From Promethearchaeota archaeon (GTDB lineage: Archaea; Asgardarchaeota; Lokiarchaeia; Sigyniarchaeales; Promethearchaeaceae), in assembly GCA_004524545.1 (NCBI GenBank), contig SDNX01000030.1, positions 1-25,974 of the forward strand: a stretch of 25,974 bases of DNA, given 5' to 3'. The translations under genes were made by a program, and so were the position numbers. Positions 1 to 8,951 of this stretch are shown here, piece after piece. Position 1 is the first letter of the stretch; each line of letters opens with the position of its first letter. Below the pieces are notes generated by a model. It worked only from the letters and a program-made list of their open reading frames with translations, did not search any database and was not told the origin of the DNA.

Positions 1-183
1 CTTACGCATAGGTGAATCCTCCATAAAGTGGACTGAATCCTAGTATCTATATTTGTTGATTATGTCTTTTTTTTCCTAAGAGGTTTATGCAAAATACAAT
101 AGACAGATTTGGTATGAATTTATTCAAAATTAAGGATGTTCAGCGCAAAATTAGAAAGAATGACCTAAAAATAATAAATATGA

Positions 184-882
184 TTAGTTGGTTGTTCGTA
201 AGATAATTCGGGCATCTACAATTTTTATCCCATTTTCGTAGATAAACACAGGATTGAGGTCCATTTGATCTACGTCTAAATTATCCATAGAAATCTCGGA
301 AACGGTTTTTAACAGAGAAACTAATGCATTTAGATCTGCTTTTGGAGATCCTCTGAATCCATCCAATAATTTAAATGCTTTAATTTCATGGATCATTTCA
401 TCTGCGTCAAATTCTGTGATGGGGCAGATTCGAAAACTCACATCTTTCATAATTTCAACAAGAATTCCACCAATTCCAAACATGATAGCAGGTCCAAATT
501 GCGGGTCTTGTAGGGTTCCAACGATAAGTTCTGCTATAGGTTTAGATGCCATCTCTTGAATGGATACTTGTTTCTTTGAATTGGAGGGGATTTTCATCAA
601 TTCTTCGAATGTAGCTACAACTTCGGGTTCACTCTTTATATCCAATTTTACTGCACCCACATCGGATTTATGGACGATATCTTCCGCCATTAATTTCATT
701 ACTATTGGAAATCCAATTTTTTTTGCAGCTATAACTGCTGCATCCTTGGTGTCAGCAAGAGCTTGCTTAGTGACCGGTAACCCTAATGTTTCTAAAAATT
801 CCTTTGCTTCATATTCTGTGAGTGCAGTTCGTTTCTGGGCGACTGCATTTTGAATAATTTCAGATCCTACCATGGTTTTCAT
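184..882 (-). CDS. acdB: Acetate--CoA ligase (ADP-forming) beta subunit, ATP-grasp domain
   Basis: The translation closely resembles archaeal ACD beta subunits I recall, e.g. DPQFGPAIMFGIGGILVEIMKDVSFRICPIT, HKSDVGAVKLDI and DLNPVF...VDARI. The track start at 918 is a TTG. The ATG at 882 (MKTMVGSEII) gives the typical ~232 aa length. Another ATG lies at 873. Confidence 0.85.
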   Translation of the reverse strand: MKTMVGSEIIQNAVAQKRTALTEYEAKEFLETLGLPVTKQALADTKDAAVIAAKKIGFPIVMKLMAEDIVHKSDVGAVKLDIKSEPEVVATFEELMKIPSNSKKQVSIQEMASKPIAELIVGTLQDPQFGPAIMFGIGGILVEIMKDVSFRICPITEFDADEMIHEIKAFKLLDGFRGSPKADLNALVSLLKTVSEISMDNLDVDQMDLNPVFIYENGIKIVDARIILRTTN

Positions 883-1019
883 ATCCACAATGTATACTAA
901 AGAGCTCACGTGGTACAAAAAAAGGTTGACGATATACTATATCAAATTTTCGACAACAATTTTGAAAATATCATAGAATAAAAAAAGAAATTTGTAGTGA
1001 TTTATGGGGGTTTTATCTT

Positions 1020-3992
1020 TTAGATCGCTCTTTTTCTCTCTGGTTCTCTCTCAATAACGTTCATGTTGAAGTCAAGCCCTGCTTGTTTGCGATATACAGT
1101 TTTCATTATTTCTACAGAGAAGAACACTGGTGTCGCAAAGGCAATGGATAACAACCAACCTTGCCAACTCAAAGGAATCAATTTAAAGATGGTAATTGCA
1201 AATGGAACGTAGAATATGAACGCAGTGAGTACAATTGAAATTACAACTGACCAGATTAAAGCCATATTTGTGAATAATCCAAGCTTGAAAAGGGATCCAT
1301 TTTCACTACGTGAATTAAATGCATTGATCAACTCTCCAAAGGCCAAGCAATTGAATAACACGGATCTAGCATTCCACATGTTAAACCAATCCAATTCTGT
1401 AATGGGAGACGTTGGGTTTTTCACTAGCCAATCTGCATACCAGTTATTGAACCACTCAGGTTTCAGATAGCTACTTGTAGGCAACGTATCATAGATCATC
1501 CACCCGGTCGTATTCTCTCCTAACCATCCTTGAACTGCGCCACCATACATCCAGAACAAGAACAGGATAAACACCGTGATGACTAAACCACGAATCACCA
1601 TTGTAGATGCAAATCGTTTCGTGATTATTGACTCTTTGGGATCTTTGGGTGGTCGTGCCATTAAACTAGGATCATAAGGATCTACACTTAATGCCACACC
1701 TGGTAAACCATCTGTAACTAAATTAATCCAAAGGATTTGTGTTGCCGCCAGTGGGACTTCCATGTTGATAATGATTGCAAAGAAAATGATCAATACTTCT
1801 GCAATATTTGAAGAGAGCAAATACATGATGAATTTTTTGATGTTATCATAGATTCCACGTCCTTCCTCTACTGCCGTGACGATTGTATTGAATTTATCAT
1901 CAGCCAAGACCATATCGGATGCTTCTTTAGATACATCAGTTCCAGTGATTCCCATAGCTATACCGACATCTGCCATTTTGAGTGCAGGCGCGTCATTAAC
2001 TCCATCACCAGTCATTGCAACAATGTGACCCTTACCTTGAAGTTTTTCAACAATGGTTTGTTTATGTTCTGGAGATACTCGTGCAAATACATTACAGGCT
2101 TCAATTTCTTCGTAGGATAAATCTCCAATCATTTTACCTTCATATGCTTTGCCATCTGCTGTAGTAATTCCCAAATCAGTTGCAATTGCTTTAGCCGTGA
2201 TCAAGTTGTCTCCCGTGATCATCTTTACAGTAATACCTGATTGCTTACACAAAGCAATCGATGGTTTTGTTTCATCTCGAGGTGGGTCAATCATAGTTTG
2301 CAATCCTACGAAGGTTACATCTGTTTCCAAGTCTTGAATTGTATATTCTTGACCCTCGACAAATCCGGATAATTTCTTGTAGGCAAATCCTAATCCTCGT
2401 AATGCATCAGAAGCCATTTTCATATAGGCATCCATGATTTTATCTTTATCCTCTTGGGATATATCCCGTTCGACTCCTCCATTAAGGAATTTGGAAGTAT
2501 CTTCCAAGATAATTTCAGCGGCACCTTTAATGTAAGCATAATATTCTCCCTTTACATTAACGATAACTGTCATTTTCTTACGAGTAGAATCAAATGGGAG
2601 TTCATAAACCCGTGGGAAGTCTGCATTTATCTGTTTAGCCGTTAAGCCTGCTTTTTCCGCAGAAACCACTAGACATCCTTCGGTAGGATCCCCAAATACG
2701 ATCCATCCCTTCTTTTCATCTGCAATTAAGCGTGAGTTGTTACAGAGTAATCCGATTTTTAAAATCAGATCAAAATCGGGAATAGACATGGGTTGAACTG
2801 AATTTCCTTCAGAATCTGTAAATGTACCTTCTGGGATGTATCCCGTACCACTTACTTCGTAGGTCTGATGATCCACATACACTTTCTTAACCGTCATCTC
2901 ATTTTTTGTGAGAGTACCGGTTTTATCCGAACAGATTATGTCTGTGCTTCCCAAGGTTTCGACAGAAGGCAATTTTTTAATAATTGCATTCTTTTTCGTC
3001 ATTCGAGTGACTCCAATAGCTAAACATGTTGTGACTACAGCCGGTAATCCTTCTGGGATTGCTGCAATAGCTAATGATACTGCCACAATTAGTTGATCAA
3101 CCCAAATAGTAAGGTCTCCCCATCCATTTTCTCGCCAGATTTCAGTAATCATAACGACAAGACAAATCCCTAAGATTACATATCCTAACATTTTGCCAAA
3201 CTGTTCGAGTTTTTCTTGTAAGGGAGTCTGTTTTTCTTCCACATTTTGAATGAGAGTAGCAATTTTGCCGAATTCTGTATTCATTCCAGTTCGAGTGATG
3301 ACAGCTCGTCCACGACCATAGGTTGCAATCGTTCCCATATACATCATATTTTTACGTTCTGCTAATGGGGTTTCCGTGTCAGCTAACTGGTCAAACTTTT
3401 TGTTTACAGGAACTGATTCTCCCGTTAATGAAGCTTCATCAATTTTCAAATTAACCGCTTCAAACAAACGTCCATCTGCAGGTATTTGAGAACCTTCATG
3501 GATTACCACAACGTCTCCAGGAACGAGTTCTCGAGCAAAAATTTGAGATTCTATTCCATCCCGAATTACTTGTGCTTGGGGTGCCGCGGCTGCGCGTAAC
3601 GCTTCTATAGCTGCATCAGCTTTTCCTTCTTGTACATACCCAATAATTGCATTTGCGATGATAATAGCAAAGATAACAATTGCATCCGTACCTCTAATGG
3701 CTCCACCATGTACAAAATACTCGTAGATTTCTACACCAATACTGATTAGAGCTCCCGCAATAAGGATATAAATCAAGAAGTCATTGAACTGTTCCAAAAA
3801 AACAAGCCATTTCGGTTTCTTCTTCCCCGCTGCTAGCTCATTTGGTCCATATCGTTCCAATCGAGCTTTAGCTTCATCAGTAGTCAATCCAGATAATCCA
3901 CTATTGATTTTCGCTAATACAGCATCTCCGGAGTCGAGAAAGTATGGCTCATCAGGTTGGGCTTCATAAACAACTTGAGTTTTTTTTGCCAA
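1020..3992 (-). CDS. P-type cation-transporting ATPase, type IIA (SERCA-like Ca2+-ATPase)
   Basis: 990 aa with TGES, IPEGLPAVVTTCLA, ICSDKTGTLT (the phospho-Asp codon is at 2925-2927), MITGDN and GDGVNDAPAL. The PEGLPA...SVETLG...DKTGTLT block is nearly identical to SERCA. The start codon at 3992 is TTG, and the next in-frame ATG is >200 codons downstream. Confidence 0.9.
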   Translation of the reverse strand: MAKKTQVVYEAQPDEPYFLDSGDAVLAKINSGLSGLTTDEAKARLERYGPNELAAGKKKPKWLVFLEQFNDFLIYILIAGALISIGVEIYEYFVHGGAIRGTDAIVIFAIIIANAIIGYVQEGKADAAIEALRAAAAPQAQVIRDGIESQIFARELVPGDVVVIHEGSQIPADGRLFEAVNLKIDEASLTGESVPVNKKFDQLADTETPLAERKNMMYMGTIATYGRGRAVITRTGMNTEFGKIATLIQNVEEKQTPLQEKLEQFGKMLGYVILGICLVVMITEIWRENGWGDLTIWVDQLIVAVSLAIAAIPEGLPAVVTTCLAIGVTRMTKKNAIIKKLPSVETLGSTDIICSDKTGTLTKNEMTVKKVYVDHQTYEVSGTGYIPEGTFTDSEGNSVQPMSIPDFDLILKIGLLCNNSRLIADEKKGWIVFGDPTEGCLVVSAEKAGLTAKQINADFPRVYELPFDSTRKKMTVIVNVKGEYYAYIKGAAEIILEDTSKFLNGGVERDISQEDKDKIMDAYMKMASDALRGLGFAYKKLSGFVEGQEYTIQDLETDVTFVGLQTMIDPPRDETKPSIALCKQSGITVKMITGDNLITAKAIATDLGITTADGKAYEGKMIGDLSYEEIEACNVFARVSPEHKQTIVEKLQGKGHIVAMTGDGVNDAPALKMADVGIAMGITGTDVSKEASDMVLADDKFNTIVTAVEEGRGIYDNIKKFIMYLLSSNIAEVLIIFFAIIINMEVPLAATQILWINLVTDGLPGVALSVDPYDPSLMARPPKDPKESIITKRFASTMVIRGLVITVFILFLFWMYGGAVQGWLGENTTGWMIYDTLPTSSYLKPEWFNNWYADWLVKNPTSPITELDWFNMWNARSVLFNCLAFGELINAFNSRSENGSLFKLGLFTNMALIWSVVISIVLTAFIFYVPFAITIFKLIPLSWQGWLLSIAFATPVFFSVEIMKTVYRKQAGLDFNMNVIEREPERKRAI

Positions 3993-4218
3993 TGTTATAT
4001 TACTCCTTAAACTAAATTTCCCTTCTATATAATTAAGAAATTATGTTACTAACAGAATAAAGTCTAAAAAAGTTGTTGATTGAAATGGGTGCATAAAAAA
4101 GTCACAAAAATATTGATAATTAGTGGCTCTCGATCAATTGCGAAAAGTTGTCCTTCGATTAGATATTAAAGTAAAATACACTTTTCAAATTATCAAAAAA
4201 AAAATGTGAAAATTCAAT

Positions 4219-5547
4219 ATGTGGTGTCCTATCTGTGGAAAAGAATTGGAGCAAAATGCACGGTTTTGTCCTGAATGCGGTGCCAAAATCATCGGTGGAG
4301 CTCCAACTCCTTATATTAAAACGAAACATATAACTTCCCCTGCCCCTACTCCAGTCTCTCCAAAACAACCTTCGCAATCAAACTACTCTCCTCGACCTGC
4401 TCGACATTATCGTAGAAGAAGACGAGGTTTGACCGTTGGGCTGTTTATTGGAATCCTCTTATTAGCTGGAGGGGGGGTATTTGGGATTATAATGGCTGCT
4501 AATTGGGGGAGTATCGAAGGGTATAACTATTACTATTATGATAATCCTACTCCTGCAAGTGTGGAATCAGTGAATTTTGATATTGAAGTATCAGATGTTA
4601 TTCTTCAGTACAATGATTCTCAAACCGATCATCTTGTCGAAATCGAATATCATTATAGAGTTTCTGGAGGTTTTATGGATGAAAAAACCTTTGAAGATAT
4701 TTATACTGTGACTTGGGATAACAACACTGTAACATTCACTTCAGATTTTCAGTGGTTCACTAACTGGGTTTTCAATGATCGTTCGATTGTTACAATAACA
4801 TTGCGATCTGATGTAATTTGGGCAATTGATGGCGCATTGACCACCGGTTCGTTAGACTTCATAATTCCTGAAAACACTGTGTTTGATAACTTTACTCTGG
4901 AAGCCACTACGGGAGATATCGATCTCACTCTTCTAAATGGAACTGTTTTTCAACAAGATTTTGATGTTGTGGTAACTACAGGATCAATTACTATCAGTGG
5001 AAATGAAGCAGAATTCCAACAAGATTTCAATCTAATCGGTACCACCGGAGATATTAATCTTTATGGAGATTCACTGCAATTCAAAGGGGATATATTTGCG
5101 GATATTTCAACAGGAAGTGTTGATATTTTTCTATCAAATTCAGAAATTGGAGAAAATATGGAATTATATTCTACAACGGGGGATATCGATCTACAATTCA
5201 TAAATCCGACATTTAATTCAGATATTTCCAATTGGATTGGAGATGTTTCTACAGGGTCAATTACTCTGATATTGCATCAACTTGATCCGATGGCTACAAA
5301 TGTAACAGCGAATTTCCATGCTACGACTGGTGATATCGATATTGAGATGACTTTAGATTCAAGCATTGCAGCACAGTTCAGTTCATCCATCACAACGGGA
5401 GATATCGATTATTATAACCACGGGGGATTCCAAGAATTAGCATCGGTGTTTCAGACTGTTGGGTATACGGATGCAAGTTATAGTAAATATCAATTTACCC
5501 TATCCGTTACAACTGGAAGTATCGATGTATCTGGATTAAGTGCGTAA
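4219..5547 (+). CDS. Zinc-ribbon / single-TM protein with ten TTG(D/S)I(D/T) beta-helix-type repeats (DUF4097 / putative-adhesin-like)
   Basis: ATG start. The N-terminus has CPICG...x11...CPECG. A basic stretch (RRRRRG) follows, then a hydrophobic helix (LTVGLFIGILLLAGGGVFGIIMAA). The extracytoplasmic part has repeated TTGDIDL/TTGSITI motifs. Confidence 0.75.
   Translation: MWCPICGKELEQNARFCPECGAKIIGGAPTPYIKTKHITSPAPTPVSPKQPSQSNYSPRPARHYRRRRRGLTVGLFIGILLLAGGGVFGIIMAANWGSIEGYNYYYYDNPTPASVESVNFDIEVSDVILQYNDSQTDHLVEIEYHYRVSGGFMDEKTFEDIYTVTWDNNTVTFTSDFQWFTNWVFNDRSIVTITLRSDVIWAIDGALTTGSLDFIIPENTVFDNFTLEATTGDIDLTLLNGTVFQQDFDVVVTTGSITISGNEAEFQQDFNLIGTTGDINLYGDSLQFKGDIFADISTGSVDIFLSNSEIGENMELYSTTGDIDLQFINPTFNSDISNWIGDVSTGSITLILHQLDPMATNVTANFHATTGDIDIEMTLDSSIAAQFSSSITTGDIDYYNHGGFQELASVFQTVGYTDASYSKYQFTLSVTTGSIDVSGLSA
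4840..5544 (+). repeat. Intragenic tandem repeat of ~66-70 nt (22-23 aa) rungs, about 10 copies
   Basis: ac(n)ac(n)gg(n)ga/ag tat(c/t)ga(t/c)-type cores recur near 4840, 4906, 4975, 5041, 5108, 5171, 5251, 5324, 5392 and 5509. They encode TTGSLDF, TTGDIDL, TTGSITI, TTGDINL, STGSVDI, TTGDIDL, STGSITL, TTGDIDI, TTGDIDY and TTGSIDV. Confidence 0.7.
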
Positions 5548-5554
5548 TCGCAAC

Positions 5555-6391
5555 TCAGTCATATACACTACGCACAAATCCACCCTTACTTTCTACTATT
5601 TTTTTTATTCTATCCCGAATATCAATAATGACTTCACTTCTGTGAGAAATTTCTTCTTGACTGGGAGAATTGATAAATGAAGTTAAATGGAGTTCTACAC
5701 AAACAGGTATTCCCGTTACGATTCTAGGATGCGTTTTTATCCATATTTCGGGATGTTCTTCCTGAATAGCATCAATTTCAGCTGCTACTTGAGATTCTCC
5801 GACTTTTTCGAAGATGAATCCTGCTTGAAGGTAATGACTCTCGGAATGTTGTAATAATGGAACGACATAATGATTAAATGCTGACTGCAATTCGGAAGGC
5901 ACTCCAGGCATTGCAAAGATTTTAGTTTTATTTTTATTAATCGATTTGGTTTCTATCAGAACACTGGGAGCAGTTCCATTCAAATTCTTTAAGGGTTTTC
6001 CATTTTCGGGAATATAGGCCATTTTTTTTCGGGATTCATACATTTCCATTGATGTTATTCCTACTTTTTTAAGGTTAGAGTACCGTTCTTTGATGAAGTC
6101 CATAGCATCTTCGTTTAATATTAATGGAACAGCTAATGCTCGTGCAATGCCTTCAAGAGTTAAATCATCATGGGTGGGTCCGAGTCCACCGGATATGAAT
6201 AGGAATATAGGCTCCCTTGAAAGGGATTCTAAGACCGTCTTAGCAATTGTCGTGATATCATCTGGGATTATCACTAATCTAGATACTTCATGACCATAAT
6301 CCAATAATCGATTGACCATCCAAAATCCATTAATATCTCTTTGCTTGCCGATCAACAATTCGTTTCCAACTAAAATAATTTCTGAAATCAT
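5555..6391 (-). CDS. CinA-like molybdopterin-binding (MoCF biosynthesis) domain protein
   Basis: MISEIILVGNELLIGK...FISGGLGPTHDDLT is the characteristic N-terminus and GGLGPT.DD motif of CinA/MoaB-fold proteins. The track start (6442) is a GTG 17 codons upstream. The ATG at 6391 matches the family N-terminus. Confidence 0.8.
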   Translation of the reverse strand: MISEIILVGNELLIGKQRDINGFWMVNRLLDYGHEVSRLVIIPDDITTIAKTVLESLSREPIFLFISGGLGPTHDDLTLEGIARALAVPLILNEDAMDFIKERYSNLKKVGITSMEMYESRKKMAYIPENGKPLKNLNGTAPSVLIETKSINKNKTKIFAMPGVPSELQSAFNHYVVPLLQHSESHYLQAGFIFEKVGESQVAAEIDAIQEEHPEIWIKTHPRIVTGIPVCVELHLTSFINSPSQEEISHRSEVIIDIRDRIKKIVESKGGFVRSVYD

Positions 6392-6512
6392 TTTCTGTAA
6401 TCGCCTATTTCTTATAACTGATGTATTTGATACATTGTACACATTGATAAAATTTTAGCCCATAAACTATGTAAGAAACATATTTCTACCATAAGCATCG
6501 ATAATTAATATT

Positions 6513-6517
6513 AGGAG
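6513..6517 (+). promoter_or_regulatory. Shine-Dalgarno-like AGGAG upstream of the PIG-L gene
   Basis: aggag lies 7 nt upstream of the ATG at 6525. Confidence 0.4.
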
Positions 6518-6524
6518 ATCCTCA

Positions 6525-7334
6525 ATGAAGAAGCCAACAGTGTTATTGGTGTGTCCCCATCCCGATGACGGGGATATTATGTGTGGAGAATTTAGTGCCC
6601 AAGCAGTGAAAGCAGGATGGAATGTCCATGAACTTCTAATGACGACGGATGAATATGGTACTATAAGGAACGACTTCAAAGGACTGCGTATTAAGGCAAT
6701 TCGAAAAGGAGAAATGATTAGAGCATCAAAAGCATATGGGGTAGATGAAAATGGGCATTCATTAATGCATTTACATTGGGCACATTATGTTGACGGATTT
6801 GCCCCGTTCAATAAGAAATCCATAGAACGTCTTCAAAAATTCATCCAAAAAATCAAACCGGATATCATTTTGGGACCAGATCCGTTTGTACATCATGATG
6901 CTCACGTTGATCACATAGCTACAGGGAGGAATTATTACTATGCACTGAAATGGATGATCCCTGAAGAACGTCCAAAAATCATGTTATTTTTCCAGTCTCT
7001 TATGCCGGATTTTTTCATTCCAAGCCTTAATCCTGAAATTGTGTTTAAGGCTCGAATGTCTCATAAAAGTCAATGGTCGGAACAAAAAGTCAAAATTTAT
7101 GGGAATATTCAACAATTTCTCTATATATCTCGATTAATCAAGTGTACGGGGGGAAGAAAGAGTGAGGGATACCGAAAAGTCACATTTAATTTGACCGATC
7201 ATTATCCAAGAGGGACTGCAAAATTTGTATTTCGTCTTTTTCGGAACCGCCCAATTGGATACACAGAGGGACATTTCATCCCGACTCCTCAAGAATTATC
7301 TCTAAATTTAGAACCTCAAGGAGATATAGAATGA
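6525..7334 (+). CDS. PIG-L / LmbE family N-acetylglucosaminyl deacetylase
   Basis: VLLVCPHPDDGDIMCG (the HPDD motif is within 6552-6575) and the downstream HHDAHVDH metal-binding motif are typical of the PIG-L family. Confidence 0.85.
   Translation: MKKPTVLLVCPHPDDGDIMCGEFSAQAVKAGWNVHELLMTTDEYGTIRNDFKGLRIKAIRKGEMIRASKAYGVDENGHSLMHLHWAHYVDGFAPFNKKSIERLQKFIQKIKPDIILGPDPFVHHDAHVDHIATGRNYYYALKWMIPEERPKIMLFFQSLMPDFFIPSLNPEIVFKARMSHKSQWSEQKVKIYGNIQQFLYISRLIKCTGGRKSEGYRKVTFNLTDHYPRGTAKFVFRLFRNRPIGYTEGHFIPTPQELSLNLEPQGDIE
7319..7323 (+). promoter_or_regulatory. Shine-Dalgarno-like AGGAG inside the 3' end of the PIG-L gene
   Basis: aaggag lies 7 nt upstream of the ATG at 7331. That start overlaps the upstream stop codon (ATGA). 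Confidence 0.45.
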
Positions 7335-7873
7335 GCACAGTGTTATCTAATTTCAGTCTAAAACCTATTTTTGCGTCATCTATCATCACAATCACGGCGT
7401 CAGGTCATTTTTTGCAGCATTTGACTTATGATTATCTTGATAATACCGGAAAATATTATGAACGGATTCAAGACGACGACTTCTACTTAGATGAGTTAGA
7501 GACAATCACATGGAATATGCAAGCTTTCATGGAAGATCTTCCCAACACAATAAATGGTCACATTGTAATCCCACAAGTAGTTCACGCGGAAATCGACTTT
7601 AAGAATATAACTCTTCCCTTTTTCTATTGGGTGTTGGAATTTGATGGACCTCTTAAACAAGGACTCAATATCTACGAATCGGTAATGAGTACTGAAACTT
7701 TGGAATATGATGTAAACTCGATCTATTTATTTGATGTTTCGCTCAAGCCCAGATCGATCCAATCCTCTTTGCACTATGAATTATTACATAAAGAGCGTAT
7801 TGTAAAATATTGGGCTTATAGAGGAGAAATTGTGGGTCCAAAGGAAGTATTACAATTTGAAAAAGAAAAATGA
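7331..7873 (+). CDS. Hypothetical protein, translationally coupled to the PIG-L deacetylase
   Basis: 180-aa ORF whose ATG overlaps the PIG-L stop codon (aATGA) and is preceded by an SD-like motif. I recognise no family motif. Confidence 0.6.
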   Translation: MSTVLSNFSLKPIFASSIITITASGHFLQHLTYDYLDNTGKYYERIQDDDFYLDELETITWNMQAFMEDLPNTINGHIVIPQVVHAEIDFKNITLPFFYWVLEFDGPLKQGLNIYESVMSTETLEYDVNSIYLFDVSLKPRSIQSSLHYELLHKERIVKYWAYRGEIVGPKEVLQFEKEK

Positions 7874-7897
7874 GAAAAAGTGTTTTCACGTCGACGG

Positions 7898-8767
7898 TTA
7901 TAATTCTGCGCCACATTTTTTGCACGATGTATCTTTTTCCCTGATCGGAGCCCCACATGCATAACAGTGCAATTTATCATCATCTGATGATTCATCTTTT
8001 TTATCTGAGATGGGTTGTGCATCTGGTCCAAACGGGTCCTTGATTTCTACCTGTTCCTTTGTTCCCTTATAGGGGTCAATTGTATCGGGTCTCTCTACTG
8101 GATCAATATTCAATGCACTGCCTTGGTCAATTACAGTCACAGGCTCGGTAGGGTGTTCTGGGGATACAGATGGAGGTGGGGCTGATGAAGGAATAATGGA
8201 TTTATCTGGAGTATATTCTGCAGGTTTGATTTCCTTAAAAATATCCGGCATACTTCGAAGTTCTTCTTCCATTTTTTTTATTCGTTCCACGAAGTCATTA
8301 ACATTTACTTTCGGTTTGTCTTTTGAAGCTGAATCAGAGACAGCATCTTGGAATAAAAGTTTATCTTCATCTGCAGGAGTATCAAGATTCTCTGGAGGTA
8401 GTCCTGCTTGAAAAGGGGCAGATTTTGAATCCTCGTGGGGTTTATCCTCATCATTTTTTGGTACAGATGGAAAATCAAACCCAAAATCTACCTCGAATGG
8501 TACAGAGCTTGTTTCTGAATTTGAGGAAGATGGCATTGGAATTCCTGATGGCGCTTCTTCTCCTTTTACTTTTTGAAGAATTAAATCAACTTGTCTCCAA
8601 ATCCTTAATCTGAGAGTGCGATCAACGTTTTTCTGCTTAGAATATTCAATTGCGAATTCACAGATTTTTAACCACATAGCATTTGCGCGCTTTCGGTCTG
8701 TTTTCTCCAAGGCATGAGCATCCGCAATGAAATTTGAAAGTTTACGGTTGAAATCAGTAATATCCAT
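7898..8767 (-). CDS. MIT-like N-terminal helical domain / long acidic, Pro- and Ser-rich linker / C-terminal zinc ribbon protein
   Basis: ATG start. Residues 1-70 (8558-8767) form a three-helix pattern resembling Vps4-type MIT domains (A..EK.D...A...W..I.EF....K......R..I..Q...IL.KVKG). The middle is low-complexity (PSSSNSETSS, SSAPPPSVSPEHPTEP). The C-terminus has C-x2-C-x10-C-x2-C (CYACG...CKKCG, 7901-7969). Confidence 0.6.
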   Translation of the reverse strand: MDITDFNRKLSNFIADAHALEKTDRKRANAMWLKICEFAIEYSKQKNVDRTLRLRIWRQVDLILQKVKGEEAPSGIPMPSSSNSETSSVPFEVDFGFDFPSVPKNDEDKPHEDSKSAPFQAGLPPENLDTPADEDKLLFQDAVSDSASKDKPKVNVNDFVERIKKMEEELRSMPDIFKEIKPAEYTPDKSIIPSSAPPPSVSPEHPTEPVTVIDQGSALNIDPVERPDTIDPYKGTKEQVEIKDPFGPDAQPISDKKDESSDDDKLHCYACGAPIREKDTSCKKCGAEL

Positions 8768-8951
8768 ATGGAGATCTAAAACGATTCCAAAATAAAATTC
8801 TATTTATGCCATTTATTAGCATTCATCTTTAGCACCAAAAAACAATAAATGTAAGAGGTATATAAATTTCTGAAAAATATTAAAGAAAAAAGAATGTACA
8901 ATAACCATTAAGTTCCTAGAATGCCAATCATTTATTATTCAGTGGGATACT

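Noticed and set aside
1-9. Possible start of a minus-strand gene leaving the left edge. The reverse complement reads ggaggattcacctATGCGTAAG, with GGAGG 8 nt upstream of an ATG at 9-7.
   Set aside because: Only three codons are visible, so it cannot be supported as a feature. It needs the upstream contig.
13-41. Direct 8-nt repeat tgaatcct (13-20 and 34-41), and a weak resemblance of aatcctcc to the tRNA-Thr T-arm (aatccctcc) as a possible att remnant.
   Set aside because: It is too short, and the tRNA match is imperfect (one indel). It lies 24 kb away with housekeeping genes in between, and no integrase is present.
87-206. A 39-aa basic ORF (MQNTIDRFGMNLFKIKDVQRKIRKNDLKIINMISWLFVR) preceded by gagg 4 nt upstream.
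   Set aside because: It is short and has no recognisable motif. It overlaps the 3' end of acdB on the opposite strand. In AT-rich DNA such ORFs arise by chance.
560-3969. Plus-strand ORFs of 61-97 aa inside acdB and the ATPase gene (560-853, 1216-1470, 2149-2337, 2454-2645, 2908-3096, 3784-3969).
   Set aside because: They are antisense to strongly supported genes and have low-complexity or hydrophobic nonsense translations and no motifs.
4159-4377. A 72-aa minus-strand ORF spanning the promoter and 5' end of the zinc-ribbon gene.
   Set aside because: It overlaps the well-supported plus-strand start (zinc ribbon motif) and has no motif of its own.
8810-8939. Repeated catttatta in the divergent promoter region (about 8810 and 8930).
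   Set aside because: A 9-nt A/T-only repeat is expected by chance at this composition.
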